DNA of 64,000 nt from NCBI GenBank assembly GCA_964606305.1, contig CAZSGJ010000002.1, positions 27,749-91,748 of the forward strand, read 5' to 3'. Source of the stretch: an uncultured Armatimonadia bacterium. GTDB taxonomy: Bacteria; Armatimonadota; Armatimonadia; Armatimonadales; Armatimonadaceae. Both the position numbers and the translations under genes were made by a program. Positions 48,180 to 58,474 of the stretch are shown piece after piece. Position 1 is the first letter of the stretch; each line of letters starts with the position of its first letter. The notes beneath the pieces were generated by a model. The model had not been told where the DNA came from. It did not search any database and saw only the letters and a list, made by a program, of their open reading frames with translations.

Positions 48180-48334
48180 TACATGCCCCACTTGTATCGT
48201 ATTCATCCAGCGCCCCCCGGTTGCCGTCGTCATAACATACATGACACATCCGAATCTATCGGACATTGTACGTTCGAATCGCAGGGTTCCTGCCACTCTA
48301 TGGTCATCAATCGTCGGAATAAATTTAGTTCTAA

Positions 48335-50611
48335 TCAGAACTGGCGCTTCAACAATATCGCAGCCCCTGCCTTATCCAATGGTGTGTTGTTGTTCCCACA
48401 CTTTGGGGACTGAATACATGCCGGACAGCCGGCATCGCATCGGCAGCCACTGATTAGGGAAGCCGTTGCCCCGAGCCATTCCTTAGCAACTCGGAAACCG
48501 GCTTCAGCAATCCCTACCCCCATTGGTACCGCATCGTGTACAAAGACTGCAGGTCCACCCACGTGAGCGTGGTATGGAGTGGATACCCCTCCGATGTCAT
48601 TACGGTCACAGAGGGCAAACAACGGAAGTATGCCGATTGCAGCATGTTCAGCAGCGTGAACCGTACCAGGTAAATCTGCTCCTTGCTGCGCCAGGTAACG
48701 TTCCGTATCCGGCGTAACCGGGTACCAAACAGCCGTTGTGATGAACTCTGTCTCAGGCATATCCAGTGATACGACCTCAGGTGGGTCATCGGAACCCAAT
48801 CCACGTTTTTCATATCCGGTCACACGGCGTTTGACTCGGACCAGGCCAAAATACACAATCGTTTCGCCAACTTCCTTTGAGCCTACCGTTTCAATAACAT
48901 CAATGGAACCTGTTGACCTAGCATTCGTGATGTAGTCCCGATTTGCACGGGCAACCAGCACTTGACGTTTTGCCCGGTCAAGATGAGTCACTTCGTAGGC
49001 TATACCCTGATGATAGTAATAGGCACCAACAAAGGCTTCCTCGTTAATTCGGTGCCCCTCCAGCGACCCAATAACGTTTCCATTCGCATTCAAAACTGAA
49101 TAGGTAGTACCATCGGCTGAGCGAATACTGAACTGGTCGCACGCCCTTGATGGCCCAATGTAACGGTAAAAACTGCCATCAAATCGCAGGACACCACTTT
49201 TCTCCAGCAGATTAACTGCGTACTCGGCACGTTCCCCGTACATTTCAATTAACTGTTGATGATCAAGCAACCCTTCATCCGCGGCACAGCAAATATGTGC
49301 ACCCATTACATGTGGATTATCTGGATTGATCACCGCATTTTCCACTCCTGTTTCGAATAGATACGTTGGATTTCGCATCAGGAACTGATCGAGCGGATTG
49401 TCTGACGCAACCAAGATTGTCAATGAATCGGTTTCACGGCGCCCTGCACGACCGCTTTGTTGCCAGGTACTTGCAATGGTTCCGGGATACCCCGCAATAA
49501 CGGCTGCATCAAGCGAGCCTATATCAACACCAAGCTCAAGTGCACTTGTTGCAACCACGCCCATAAGTTCTCCGGAAAACAATCGTTGTTCGATATCACG
49601 ACGTTGTTCCTTTGTATAGCCTGCACGATATGGCGTTACGCGTTCGGCCAATTCCTCACCATGAATCGTAGCCGACAACATCGAAACCCAATTCTTATAA
49701 ACGAGTTCTGTTGAGCGCCTGGCTCGGGTAAACACGATTGTGCGTGCATCTCTCTTTACCAATGCGGTTGCCAAATAGGCAGCTTCGCCTCCGGCTCCAC
49801 GTCGTCGCAGCGTATCTCCTTTTGTGATTGGTGGATTCCACATGGCAAAGACACGACGGCCACGGGGAGCATCACCTCCATTCACATGCACTACCTTTTG
49901 CTGCGTGAGCTTGCCGACAAACTCAATCGGGTTGCCCACAGTCGCACTGGTCACAATCCATTGTGGAGATGAGCCATAGTGCCGGCACCACCTGGAAAGC
50001 CTTCGGAAAATACTACTGACATGTGTTCCAAAAATGCCACGATATGCATGTGCCTCATCCACCACGATGTATGCCAGGTTGCGGAAGAAGTGTGACCACA
50101 TGGCATGATTGTGAAGTATTGAAACATGCAACATGTCAGGATTAGTCAGAACGATGCGTGCAGCCCGCCGAATCGCCGCGCGCTCATCTTTGTGCGTATC
50201 TCCATCGTAGGAAGCATGAGAAACACGACCAAACAAATCAAGTTGAGACAACTTTTGTGCCTGGTCATACGCCAACGCCTTGGTTGGAAACAAATACAAT
50301 GCGCGTGCATCCCTATTCGTGAGCAGATGTTCATAAACCGCGCCGTTGTAGCACAGAGATTTTCCGCTCGCTGTCGGGGTGGTGATGACCGTGTTATAGC
50401 CACTTCGAAGCAAGTCGATCGCCTCACGCTGATGGGTCCACAGGTCAGCTATTCCCATACGAGCAAGTGCAAGCGCAAGCTCTTCGGGGAATGGAGGCTC
50501 CAGAGGCTGTGGTGATGCTTTGACTGCTGGAAGGACATGCCGGGAAACAAGCTGACCATCATAGTCCTGAGTTCGTATCAGAGTAGAAAGCATTGCATCA
50601 GGATCAAACAC
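48335..50611 (-). CDS. DEAD/DEAH-box helicase with a C-terminal DUF1998 (MZB) domain, MrfA/YprA-like
   Basis: Helicase motifs (TPTASGKS, DEAH, SAT, QQSGRAGR) and a C-terminal four-Cys cluster (CRCDAGCPACIQSPKCGNNN). Confidence 0.88.
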   Translation of the reverse strand: MFDPDAMLSTLIRTQDYDGQLVSRHVLPAVKASPQPLEPPFPEELALALARMGIADLWTHQREAIDLLRSGYNTVITTPTASGKSLCYNGAVYEHLLTNRDARALYLFPTKALAYDQAQKLSQLDLFGRVSHASYDGDTHKDERAAIRRAARIVLTNPDMLHVSILHNHAMWSHFFRNLAYIVVDEAHAYRGIFGTHVSSIFRRLSRWCRHYGSSPQWIVTSATVGNPIEFVGKLTQQKVVHVNGGDAPRGRRVFAMWNPPITKGDTLRRRGAGGEAAYLATALVKRDARTIVFTRARRSTELVYKNWVSMLSATIHGEELAERVTPYRAGYTKEQRRDIEQRLFSGELMGVVATSALELGVDIGSLDAAVIAGYPGTIASTWQQSGRAGRRETDSLTILVASDNPLDQFLMRNPTYLFETGVENAVINPDNPHVMGAHICCAADEGLLDHQQLIEMYGERAEYAVNLLEKSGVLRFDGSFYRYIGPSRACDQFSIRSADGTTYSVLNANGNVIGSLEGHRINEEAFVGAYYYHQGIAYEVTHLDRAKRQVLVARANRDYITNARSTGSIDVIETVGSKEVGETIVYFGLVRVKRRVTGYEKRGLGSDDPPEVVSLDMPETEFITTAVWYPVTPDTERYLAQQGADLPGTVHAAEHAAIGILPLFALCDRNDIGGVSTPYHAHVGGPAVFVHDAVPMGVGIAEAGFRVAKEWLGATASLISGCRCDAGCPACIQSPKCGNNNTPLDKAGAAILLKRQF

Positions 50612-51354
50612 AATGCATTCTAAAGGAACTAATCAGCCTGTGCAGAAGTTATGATGTCATGGACACTGCACTTCCCCCACGCGCTGCGATCATTTCAGAA
50701 TATGGCCCGCTATACACCCTGAGGAATGTTGCGCGAATTCCGGGCGACGGTGGATCGTATATCGATCTGAGAAATCTGGCTGGCAGAAATAATGCATCGA
50801 ATGCGAGCCGTGTACAAGTCGAAGTTCCTATGCGTAGAGGCACATTTCGCCTTTACTATGCCCCACTCTCAATAAAGGGTCAGGGTACCCTTGACAATGC
50901 ATCAACCTTCAAAGATGAAACTTTTGCCTCCGGAGTCCAGACGGATGTCCTATATGAGTTTCGTTCTTACCGCATCACGTATCGCCAGCCATGGAAGACA
51001 ACTGGTGGTTGGCACTTAGATCTCGGGGGCACGATGAAGGTTCGCGATGCAACTATTTCGCTCCGGCAACCAACCGTAAGTGCCGCTGAAGCCAATATCG
51101 GATGGGTACCCCTCGTCCATGTTTCTGGCGTCAAACGACTTTCTCATCGGGCCTCGATGTCATTCGATTTGGATGCTCTGGGTGGTGGCCCAGGTAGGGC
51201 TATAGACCTTGGAATACGGGCAAACTACAACATCGGTAATGACTACGCGGCAGGAATTGGCGTCAGAACTATTGAAGGCGGCGCAGATGTTCCACGCGTA
51301 TTTAACTTTGCATGGTTCGCAACACCGGTGTTGACGCTTACACGCCTGTTGTAG
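50593..51354 (+). CDS. Hypothetical beta-strand-rich protein
   Basis: 253-aa ORF whose C-terminal half has alternating hydrophobic patterning. I recognised no family and no clear signal peptide. The start is ambiguous (alternative Met at 50659). Confidence 0.45.
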   Translation: MHQDQTQCILKELISLCRSYDVMDTALPPRAAIISEYGPLYTLRNVARIPGDGGSYIDLRNLAGRNNASNASRVQVEVPMRRGTFRLYYAPLSIKGQGTLDNASTFKDETFASGVQTDVLYEFRSYRITYRQPWKTTGGWHLDLGGTMKVRDATISLRQPTVSAAEANIGWVPLVHVSGVKRLSHRASMSFDLDALGGGPGRAIDLGIRANYNIGNDYAAGIGVRTIEGGADVPRVFNFAWFATPVLTLTRLL

Positions 51355-53446
51355 ACAAGTTCCGTCTTCGTTTCTTTCCGGCTACGAACAGCTGCTGGGA
51401 ATCAACGCGACGTTTACGAGGTCCCGGTCGCAAGCGCTCCCACTCCCCTTCCGGATTGAGCTGCCTAGCCTGTGCAGTATCCGAGAGCATTGTCAACAGG
51501 ACTTGTTCGACGACATACTGCTTGTGACGGGCGAGTTCTATCGGGAACACCACTTCTACCCGCCTGTCAAGATTCCGTGTCATTAGATCAGCACTGCCCA
51601 TCCACAGCTGGGTGGCTCCATGATTGTGGAAATAATAAATCCGTGCGTGCTCAAGAAAACGTCCAACTATCGAAATGACACGGATGTTCTCTGACCACCC
51701 CTCAAGTCCCGGAACAAGACAACAGATGCCACGCACAATCAGATCAATCTGAACTCCATGCCGACTTGCATCGTAGAGTTCCCGAATCATCTCCTCATCG
51801 ACCAAAGCGTTCATTTGAAAGATAATGCGCGCTGCTCTACCTTTTCGAGCATGATGGGCTTCGCGTCGAATCATCTCAATCAATCGTTCACGAAGATTGA
51901 GTGGCGCAACCAACAGCTTGCGGAATGACTTTTGTTTTGAATAACCCGTCAGGACATTAAACAGGTCAGAGACATCCGCCCCAAGGTCAGGGTCGGCGGA
52001 CATCAGACCAAAGTCTGTGTAAATCCGTGCCGTTGTCGCGTTGTAGTTACCGGTACCGAGGTGAACAAATCGCCTGATGCTGCCATCCGGGTGCCGACGA
52101 ACAATCAGCAGAATCTTGGCATGTGTCTTTAGTCCAATCAGACCATACGCGACGTGTACGCCAGCTTCATCCAAACGACGTGCCCACGTGATGTTGTTTT
52201 GCTCATCAAAGCGGGCTTTTAGTTCGACAAGAACCGCTACTTGCGTATCGACATCCCGCGCTTCCATCAACGCCTGGACAATCGGTGACTTCGTCCCAAC
52301 ACGGTAGAGGGCTTGCTTGATGGCTAATACATCCTGATCGCGTGCCGCCTCTTGAACATACTGGATTACTGGATTAAAGCTGTCATAAGGATGGTGTAAA
52401 AGAATGTCCTCTCGGGATACAAGAGAAAAAATGTCCTCACCGCTTGCGAACACATCGGGTACGCGCGGCACATGCGGCGCATCCTTGAGCTCGGGATATG
52501 GCAAACCAACCAGCTCCATGTATGCTGAAACGCCAAGAACTCCAGGGCCGGTCTCAATGCTGACCGCGAGATTACGGGCATCCATTTCAAGACCTTGAAC
52601 AAGAAGTTCCCGGATATGTCCCGGCATATCACTGGAAACCTCAAGGCGAGTAACGAAACTGAAATGCCTTCGTTCAATGTCCGCCGTGACGGCCTGCATC
52701 AGGTCTTCTGCTTCCGCCTCGCGAATCTCGACATCGGCATCCCTCGTCACACGAAATGGATACGCCCCCGTCGCAACATAGCCCGGAAACAGCCGTCCGA
52801 TGTGTCGCGCAACGACATCTTCCAGCCAAACATACGTCGGTGCTACGCGGTCACCAACGGGTAGCAGTCGCGGCAAAGTTGCCGGAACCTTTACACGGGC
52901 AAAACGTTCCATTCCTTCATCATCAAGGGTGACGGCAAGGTTAAGTGACAGACTTGAAATGTGTGGAAACGGATGACCCGGATCAACTGCCAATGGAGTG
53001 AGAATCGGGAAGATATGGTCATCAAAATAAGATGACAGCGTCGCCTGTTCCTTTTCCGTAAGGCTTTCAACATTCATCACCCGAATGCCCTTGACGGCCA
53101 GCTCACTAATCAGCTGACGTCGACACTGTTGACTGCGATCCACCAAAGCTGCCGTCTTGGTACCAATTTTCTCCAAGGCTTCCGCCGGAGTAAGACCATC
53201 AGCTCCGCGATCTACTATCCCGGCTGAGCGCTGCGCCTGTAACGCGGAAACTCGAATCATGAAGAATTCATCCAAGTTACTGCCAAAGATAGCCAGAAAC
53301 TTGACTCGTTCCAGCAAGGGATGCCTTGTGTCGAATGCTTCATCAAGAACGCGCGCATTGAAGTCCAGCCATGACAGCTCACGGTTCATGTAGGGCATGC
53401 GCACAACCGGTACTACAGCCGAAACGGCATCTTCCAAGGGCTCCAT
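51338..53446 (-). CDS. ppk: Polyphosphate kinase 1
   Basis: Motifs YMNRELSWLDFNARVL, two PLD-like HKD-type regions (LKTHAKILLIV) and RFLEHARIYYF. The start may be an internal Met. Confidence 0.95.
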   Translation of the reverse strand: MEPLEDAVSAVVPVVRMPYMNRELSWLDFNARVLDEAFDTRHPLLERVKFLAIFGSNLDEFFMIRVSALQAQRSAGIVDRGADGLTPAEALEKIGTKTAALVDRSQQCRRQLISELAVKGIRVMNVESLTEKEQATLSSYFDDHIFPILTPLAVDPGHPFPHISSLSLNLAVTLDDEGMERFARVKVPATLPRLLPVGDRVAPTYVWLEDVVARHIGRLFPGYVATGAYPFRVTRDADVEIREAEAEDLMQAVTADIERRHFSFVTRLEVSSDMPGHIRELLVQGLEMDARNLAVSIETGPGVLGVSAYMELVGLPYPELKDAPHVPRVPDVFASGEDIFSLVSREDILLHHPYDSFNPVIQYVQEAARDQDVLAIKQALYRVGTKSPIVQALMEARDVDTQVAVLVELKARFDEQNNITWARRLDEAGVHVAYGLIGLKTHAKILLIVRRHPDGSIRRFVHLGTGNYNATTARIYTDFGLMSADPDLGADVSDLFNVLTGYSKQKSFRKLLVAPLNLRERLIEMIRREAHHARKGRAARIIFQMNALVDEEMIRELYDASRHGVQIDLIVRGICCLVPGLEGWSENIRVISIVGRFLEHARIYYFHNHGATQLWMGSADLMTRNLDRRVEVVFPIELARHKQYVVEQVLLTMLSDTAQARQLNPEGEWERLRPGPRKRRVDSQQLFVAGKKRRRNLSTTGV

Positions 53447-53510
53447 ATGTCAGTGTACCAAAGGCAATCCTGTGTGGTTCCCGACCTCCAACGGTAAACT
53501 ATGCGTCGAT

Positions 53511-55400
53511 ATGAGCCTCATTACAATTTCCGACCTGACGATGGAGTATGGACCGGACACGATTCTGGAAAACGTCTCTCTTTCGGTCGCACGTGGTGAA
53601 CGTATCGGAATTGTAGGTCGTAACGGTGGTGGCAAGACAACGCTACTCAAGGCAATCCTTGGCATTGAACAACCCGCTGGTGGCAGTATTCATATTGCCA
53701 AAGGTATCCGGATTGGATACTTATCGCAGATTCAGTCAATTGATGAATCACAAACAGTGATTCAGGCTGCAGAAGTGGCACTTAGCGCTGTAGCGGATGC
53801 TGAAGGCGAACTGCGAAGAGCGGAAGAGGCATTGGCCGAGAATCCGACAGATGAGGAGCTGACGGAAGCACTCGGTGCAGCTCAGGATCGCTATCAGTAT
53901 CTTGGTGGTCATTATGCAGTCGATGGACTGCATGCATCCCTTAAGGCCCTTGGTTTCCCGGAATCCACATGGCAAAAACAGGTTTCGGTGCTCTCCGGAG
54001 GCGAAAAGACCCGACTTGCAATGGCCCGGTTGCTCGCAACGAGTCCGGAAGTCCTCATCCTCGATGAGCCAACAAACCACCTTGACATCAAGGCCATAGA
54101 GTGGCTTGAAAACTTTCTGGTGCAGGTTCCAGGAGCCGTCCTTGTTGTAAGCCATGACCGCCGCTTTCTGGACCGGGTTACGAAAGCTACGTGGGAAGTT
54201 GATGCACATCGGGTGACCGTGTATGGATGTTCCTATTCAGAATACCGACAACGGCGGGATGCCGAACGCCAACAGCAGCTTGATGAATATCTCAGACAAC
54301 AGGCACATATTCAAAAGACCGAAGAGTACATCCGGCGGAACAAAGCTGGTCAAAACACCCGCAATGCGATGGGACGCCAGAAGGTGCTGAATCGTCTCGA
54401 GCGCATAGAGCGCCCAATGGACGACGGCGCGATGATGCGGGCTGCTATTGGTGATGCTGGTCGTAGCGGGTTGGATGTCGTGGTTGCGCAGAATCTCACC
54501 AAACGTTTCGGTGACCGGACAATTGTCCGCAATGCCAACTTTACGCTTCGACGCGGAGACCGCGTCGGTGTTGTGGGTCCCAATGGCGCGGGAAAAACGA
54601 CGTTGATCAATATGCTCATCGGTGATGATTCCATTGACTCCGGATACATTCGTACCGGTCATGGAGTAAAGATTGCACATCATAAGCAAGAGCAAGATGA
54701 CTTCGGAGACGATGAATCGCTGCTTGATGCTTTCTACGATCGAGCGGGTCTGACCATCGCCGAATGCAGAACCCACTTGGCAAAGTTCTTGTTCACTGGC
54801 GAGGATGTGTTTAAACCAGTCTCAGGTCTTTCCGGAGGCGAGCGTGCCAAGCTTGCGATGTCCCTTATGGTGCTGTCTCCGGCAAATCTCCTGATATTGG
54901 ATGAGCCGACAAACCACTTAGATGTCTTCTCCTGTGATGCCCTTGCGCAAACTCTGTCGAAATTCGCCGGTACCTTACTCGTCGTAAGCCACGATCGGTC
55001 CTTGTTGGATGAGACCACAAACAAAACGCTTTACTTTGATGGCCAAGGAAATTGTGTCCTTTATGACATGCCGTATTCGGCATGGAGGGATGCAATGGAG
55101 GCAGCAGAGTCGCAGCCGCTGCGCAAGAAGACCGCAGACCAAGTAGTCATTCAAAATGCTCCCAGCGCGCTGCAACGAAGCCGCGACAAGAGAAAGTTAT
55201 TGTCAAAATTGGAGTTAGTCGAAGCAAAGATTGCTGAGCTTGAAGCGACAATCACAGCGATAGAAGCGCGCCTATCTGCTCCTTCAAGCCCCGATGAAGC
55301 AATCGCTGACGCAAAGGCATACGAGACTAGCGGGCAGGAGCTCGAGCAACTGATGTGCGAATGGGAACAGCTCGGGTCTCAGATTGATGCTTTAGGCTAA
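53511..55400 (+). CDS. ABC-F family ATPase (two ABC cassettes, no TM domain)
   Basis: Two sets of Walker A motifs (GRNGGGKTT; GPNGAGKTT), signatures (LSGGEKTR; LSGGERAK) and Walker B motifs. There is an inter-domain linker and a C-terminal coiled coil. I chose the start at ATG 53511. Confidence 0.9.
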   Translation: MSLITISDLTMEYGPDTILENVSLSVARGERIGIVGRNGGGKTTLLKAILGIEQPAGGSIHIAKGIRIGYLSQIQSIDESQTVIQAAEVALSAVADAEGELRRAEEALAENPTDEELTEALGAAQDRYQYLGGHYAVDGLHASLKALGFPESTWQKQVSVLSGGEKTRLAMARLLATSPEVLILDEPTNHLDIKAIEWLENFLVQVPGAVLVVSHDRRFLDRVTKATWEVDAHRVTVYGCSYSEYRQRRDAERQQQLDEYLRQQAHIQKTEEYIRRNKAGQNTRNAMGRQKVLNRLERIERPMDDGAMMRAAIGDAGRSGLDVVVAQNLTKRFGDRTIVRNANFTLRRGDRVGVVGPNGAGKTTLINMLIGDDSIDSGYIRTGHGVKIAHHKQEQDDFGDDESLLDAFYDRAGLTIAECRTHLAKFLFTGEDVFKPVSGLSGGERAKLAMSLMVLSPANLLILDEPTNHLDVFSCDALAQTLSKFAGTLLVVSHDRSLLDETTNKTLYFDGQGNCVLYDMPYSAWRDAMEAAESQPLRKKTADQVVIQNAPSALQRSRDKRKLLSKLELVEAKIAELEATITAIEARLSAPSSPDEAIADAKAYETSGQELEQLMCEWEQLGSQIDALG

Positions 55401-55440
55401 CGGGAAGAAGACGAATACACCAGCCTTCCCGTCAAATCAA

Positions 55441-56595
55441 TCAAAGTGAGTCAACAAAGCGACCTATCCGGACAATCGCCTCTTCGAGAAGTTTCGGGGC
55501 TGTGGCATAACAACAGCGCACATGCCCCATACCTCCCGGACCAAAGACATCTCCGGGAACCACTAGGACCCGTTCTTCATGCAGGAGTCGCTCCGCAAAC
55601 GTTGATGCATCCAATCCAGTGTGTTCAATGTTTGGAAAAGCATAGAATGCACCACCAGGAAGTTCACACGGAATACCCACACGGTTTAGGCCAGCAACAA
55701 ACATCCTGCGCCGTCTATCATAATCTTCCACCATGTCGGCGACATCTCGCTCACCATGTCTGATAGCTTCCAACGCTGCAATCTGCGATGTAATGGGAGC
55801 GCATAGCATTGTGTACTGGTGGATTTTCATCATCGCTTCGATAATCGGTGCCGGTGCGCAAACATACCCGACACGCCACCCAGTCATCGCATAAGCTTTG
55901 CTAAACCCATTTAGTAAAATCGTGCGTTCTTTGGCACCATCCAGTCCGGCCACACAAACGTGGGGCGCATCGTATGACAGGCGGTCGTAGATTTCATCGG
56001 TGAGGATATAGAGATCGTGCGACGCAGCAACATCGACAACATCCTGAAGCTCTCTTCTGCCCATCGTTGCACCCGTCGGATTCGTGGGATAGCTGAGCAG
56101 GATGGCCTTTGTGTTGGGCGTAATGAAACGGGAAAGCTGGTCAGCACGGACCTTGAAGCCATCCGCGGCACGTGTGGGAACAGGAACGGGCGTACCACCA
56201 GCAAACATCACACATGGCGCATACGACACATAGCACGGTTCCGGTACGAGGACTTCATCGCCAGGATTCAATATCGCCCGGAATGCCGCATCGAGTCCCT
56301 CAGAGACACCAACCGTGATGAGGACTTCATTTCGATGGTTGTATTCAATGCCGTAACGGCTGGAGACGAGCTGGACGATCGCATCCCGAAGCTCTAATAG
56401 TCCATAGTTACTGGTGTAGGTCGTTCTACCCTGCTCAAGGCTGTGTATTGCAGCCTCGCGGACTCTCCAAGGTGTTATGAAATCAGGTTCACCTACACCC
56501 AGCGAGATGACATCATCCATCTCCGCAACAAGGTCAAAAAACTTTCGTATGCCGGATGCTGGCAGATTAGTTACTGTTTTTGAGAGGCTTTTCAC
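55441..56595 (-). CDS. PLP-dependent class I/II aminotransferase (aspartate/aromatic type)
   Basis: The PLP-lysine motif (SFSKAYAMTGWRVGY) and N.TG and P.NPTG motifs are present. Confidence 0.88.
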   Translation of the reverse strand: MKSLSKTVTNLPASGIRKFFDLVAEMDDVISLGVGEPDFITPWRVREAAIHSLEQGRTTYTSNYGLLELRDAIVQLVSSRYGIEYNHRNEVLITVGVSEGLDAAFRAILNPGDEVLVPEPCYVSYAPCVMFAGGTPVPVPTRAADGFKVRADQLSRFITPNTKAILLSYPTNPTGATMGRRELQDVVDVAASHDLYILTDEIYDRLSYDAPHVCVAGLDGAKERTILLNGFSKAYAMTGWRVGYVCAPAPIIEAMMKIHQYTMLCAPITSQIAALEAIRHGERDVADMVEDYDRRRRMFVAGLNRVGIPCELPGGAFYAFPNIEHTGLDASTFAERLLHEERVLVVPGDVFGPGGMGHVRCCYATAPKLLEEAIVRIGRFVDSL

Positions 56596-57095
56596 GGCGT
56601 AACCGCCAGACGTTCGTCGTTAGCCGGTCTCGCAAAGGCATCCCCTTCCTGCTTGTAGCACTTAAGGACGAAGCGGGTGGCCGTGCCGCGAACGCCATCG
56701 ATAGTTGCCAAACGTTCTGCAACAAAGCTGGCGACATCCTGCATCGTTTGCCCACGCACAACCACGCGGAGATCCTGCGATCCCGTAACAAGATGCACGC
56801 TTACCACCTCAGGAAACTGGCGTATGCGGTCTGCAATCCGATCGTAACCGTATCCGCGTTCAGGCTGCACCGCCAAGTCGATAAAGCTCTCCACGGGAGG
56901 TGATGTCACCGCTTCCCACTTTATTCTCGCACGGTAACCTGCGATGACTCCAATCGACTCGAGGCGGACACGCATCCGTTGTACAGTTTCTACATCAGAT
57001 CCAAGTACGGTGGCCAATTGATCATCCGTTATGCGAGCATTGGACTCAATTGTTTTGAGAAGTTGTTCTTCTGATTCGGAAATGTTCACGAGCAC
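56592..57095 (-). CDS. Lrp/AsnC-family transcriptional regulator
   Basis: N-terminal HTH region and a C-terminal AsnC-type fold (VVSVHLVTGSQDLRVVVR). Overlaps the aminotransferase start by 4 nt. Confidence 0.8.
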   Translation of the reverse strand: MLVNISESEEQLLKTIESNARITDDQLATVLGSDVETVQRMRVRLESIGVIAGYRARIKWEAVTSPPVESFIDLAVQPERGYGYDRIADRIRQFPEVVSVHLVTGSQDLRVVVRGQTMQDVASFVAERLATIDGVRGTATRFVLKCYKQEGDAFARPANDERLAVTP

Positions 57096-57098
57096 GGT

Positions 57099-58454
57099 TT
57101 ACAACCCCAACTCATCCATCAAGGTTGGGAGGAACTTTGTCGAAATCGCATTAGTTCGGTACCGTTCATCGGCAAGGATTGTCTTCAGGAACGATACGTT
57201 TGTAGGCAGTCCATCAACAGAAACTTCTGACAATGCACATTCCATTCGTACGATTGCTTCGTCTCGGGATGGCGCCCAAACAATCAACTTAGCAAGGTTT
57301 GAATCGTAATACGGAGGAACCGTGTAGCCGGAGTAACACTGCGAATCAATACGGATACCGAGTCCGCCAGGCATGATGAAGGATGACATTTTGCCAGCAC
57401 TCGGAGCAAATCCCTTGTCTGGATTCTGTGCAGTAACGCGACACTCAATTGAGTGACCATTCCAATTGACATCGTCCTGGGAAATAGTAAGTTGGTCACC
57501 TGCAGCAATCCGAATCTGCCACTTTACGAGGTCAATGCCAGTTACAGCCTCGGTAACAGGGTGTTCTACCTGAATGCGGGTGTTCATTTCCATGAAGTAG
57601 AAGTCACCATCTGGCGTGTAAATGAACTCCACAGTTCCGGCATTTGCGTACCCAACCGCTTTCGCGGCACGAACAGCAGCCTCGCCCATTGCAGTACGCT
57701 GATGAGGCGTGAGCGAAACACTGGGCGCTTCCTCGACAACCTTTTGGTGGCGCACAGTTTGCACCGTACATTCCCGCTCCCCCAAATGAATTACATTGCC
57801 ATGTTCATCTGCGAGGATCTGCACCTCTATATGACGCATGTCCGTGATGTACTTCTCAAGATAAACGCCCGCATTGCCGAACGCAGCCTCCGCTTCTGCC
57901 TGAGCCACTTTCAACACTTTGAGAAGTTCTTCTTCAGACCATGCAACGCGGATTCCCCGACCACCACCGCCTGCTGTTGCCTTTACGACAACCGGATAAC
58001 CAATCGCTCCGGCGATACGACGTGCATCTTCATCCGATGTCAACAACCCATCTGAACCAGGAACTGTGGGGACGCCAGCAGCGAGTGCAGTTTCACGGGC
58101 GGTTGCCTTGTCTCCCATTTGTTCAATGGCGGATACAGGAGGACCAATGAACTTTACGCCAATGGCATTGCAGATCTCGGCGAAACTAGCCACTTCGGAC
58201 AGAAATCCATAGCCCGGATGAACAGCATCTGCACCTGTGTTGCGCGCTGCAGCCACGATATTCGGAATGTTGAGGTACGAATCTTTACTGGCACTGGGTC
58301 CTACGCAAACAGCTTCATCCGCGAGCCTCACATGTAATGAGTCTGCATCGGCATCGGAGTGGATGGCAACCGTTGCCACACCGAGCTCCCGACATGCCCT
58401 GATGACACGCACAGCTATTTCGCCACGGTTGGCAATGAGAACTTTCTTAAACAT
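57099..58454 (-). CDS. accC: Acetyl-CoA carboxylase biotin carboxylase subunit
   Basis: MFKKVLIANRGEIAVRVIRAC N-terminus, an ATP-grasp fold (GGGGRGIR) and MNTRIQVEHPVTE. Confidence 0.97.
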   Translation of the reverse strand: MFKKVLIANRGEIAVRVIRACRELGVATVAIHSDADADSLHVRLADEAVCVGPSASKDSYLNIPNIVAAARNTGADAVHPGYGFLSEVASFAEICNAIGVKFIGPPVSAIEQMGDKATARETALAAGVPTVPGSDGLLTSDEDARRIAGAIGYPVVVKATAGGGGRGIRVAWSEEELLKVLKVAQAEAEAAFGNAGVYLEKYITDMRHIEVQILADEHGNVIHLGERECTVQTVRHQKVVEEAPSVSLTPHQRTAMGEAAVRAAKAVGYANAGTVEFIYTPDGDFYFMEMNTRIQVEHPVTEAVTGIDLVKWQIRIAAGDQLTISQDDVNWNGHSIECRVTAQNPDKGFAPSAGKMSSFIMPGGLGIRIDSQCYSGYTVPPYYDSNLAKLIVWAPSRDEAIVRMECALSEVSVDGLPTNVSFLKTILADERYRTNAISTKFLPTLMDELGL

Positions 58455-58474
58455 CTGTGTAACGTCTATCTCCG

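Noticed and set aside
46646-48296. Holin-like protein next to an M23 peptidase, read as a possible phage lysis cassette or prophage remnant
   Set aside because: There are no capsid, tail, integrase or repressor genes nearby. The 4-TM protein resembles chromosomal YvlD-type proteins and overlaps rapZ. The peptidase has the long coiled coil of EnvC-type division proteins.
55401-55431. 7-bp hairpin CGGGAAG/CTTCCCG between the convergent ABC-F and aminotransferase genes, considered as a terminator
   Set aside because: It has a 17-nt loop and no U-tract on either strand, which is too weak to call.
57453-58055. 200-aa ORF antisense to accC
   Set aside because: accC is unambiguous, and the antisense frame has no recognisable features.
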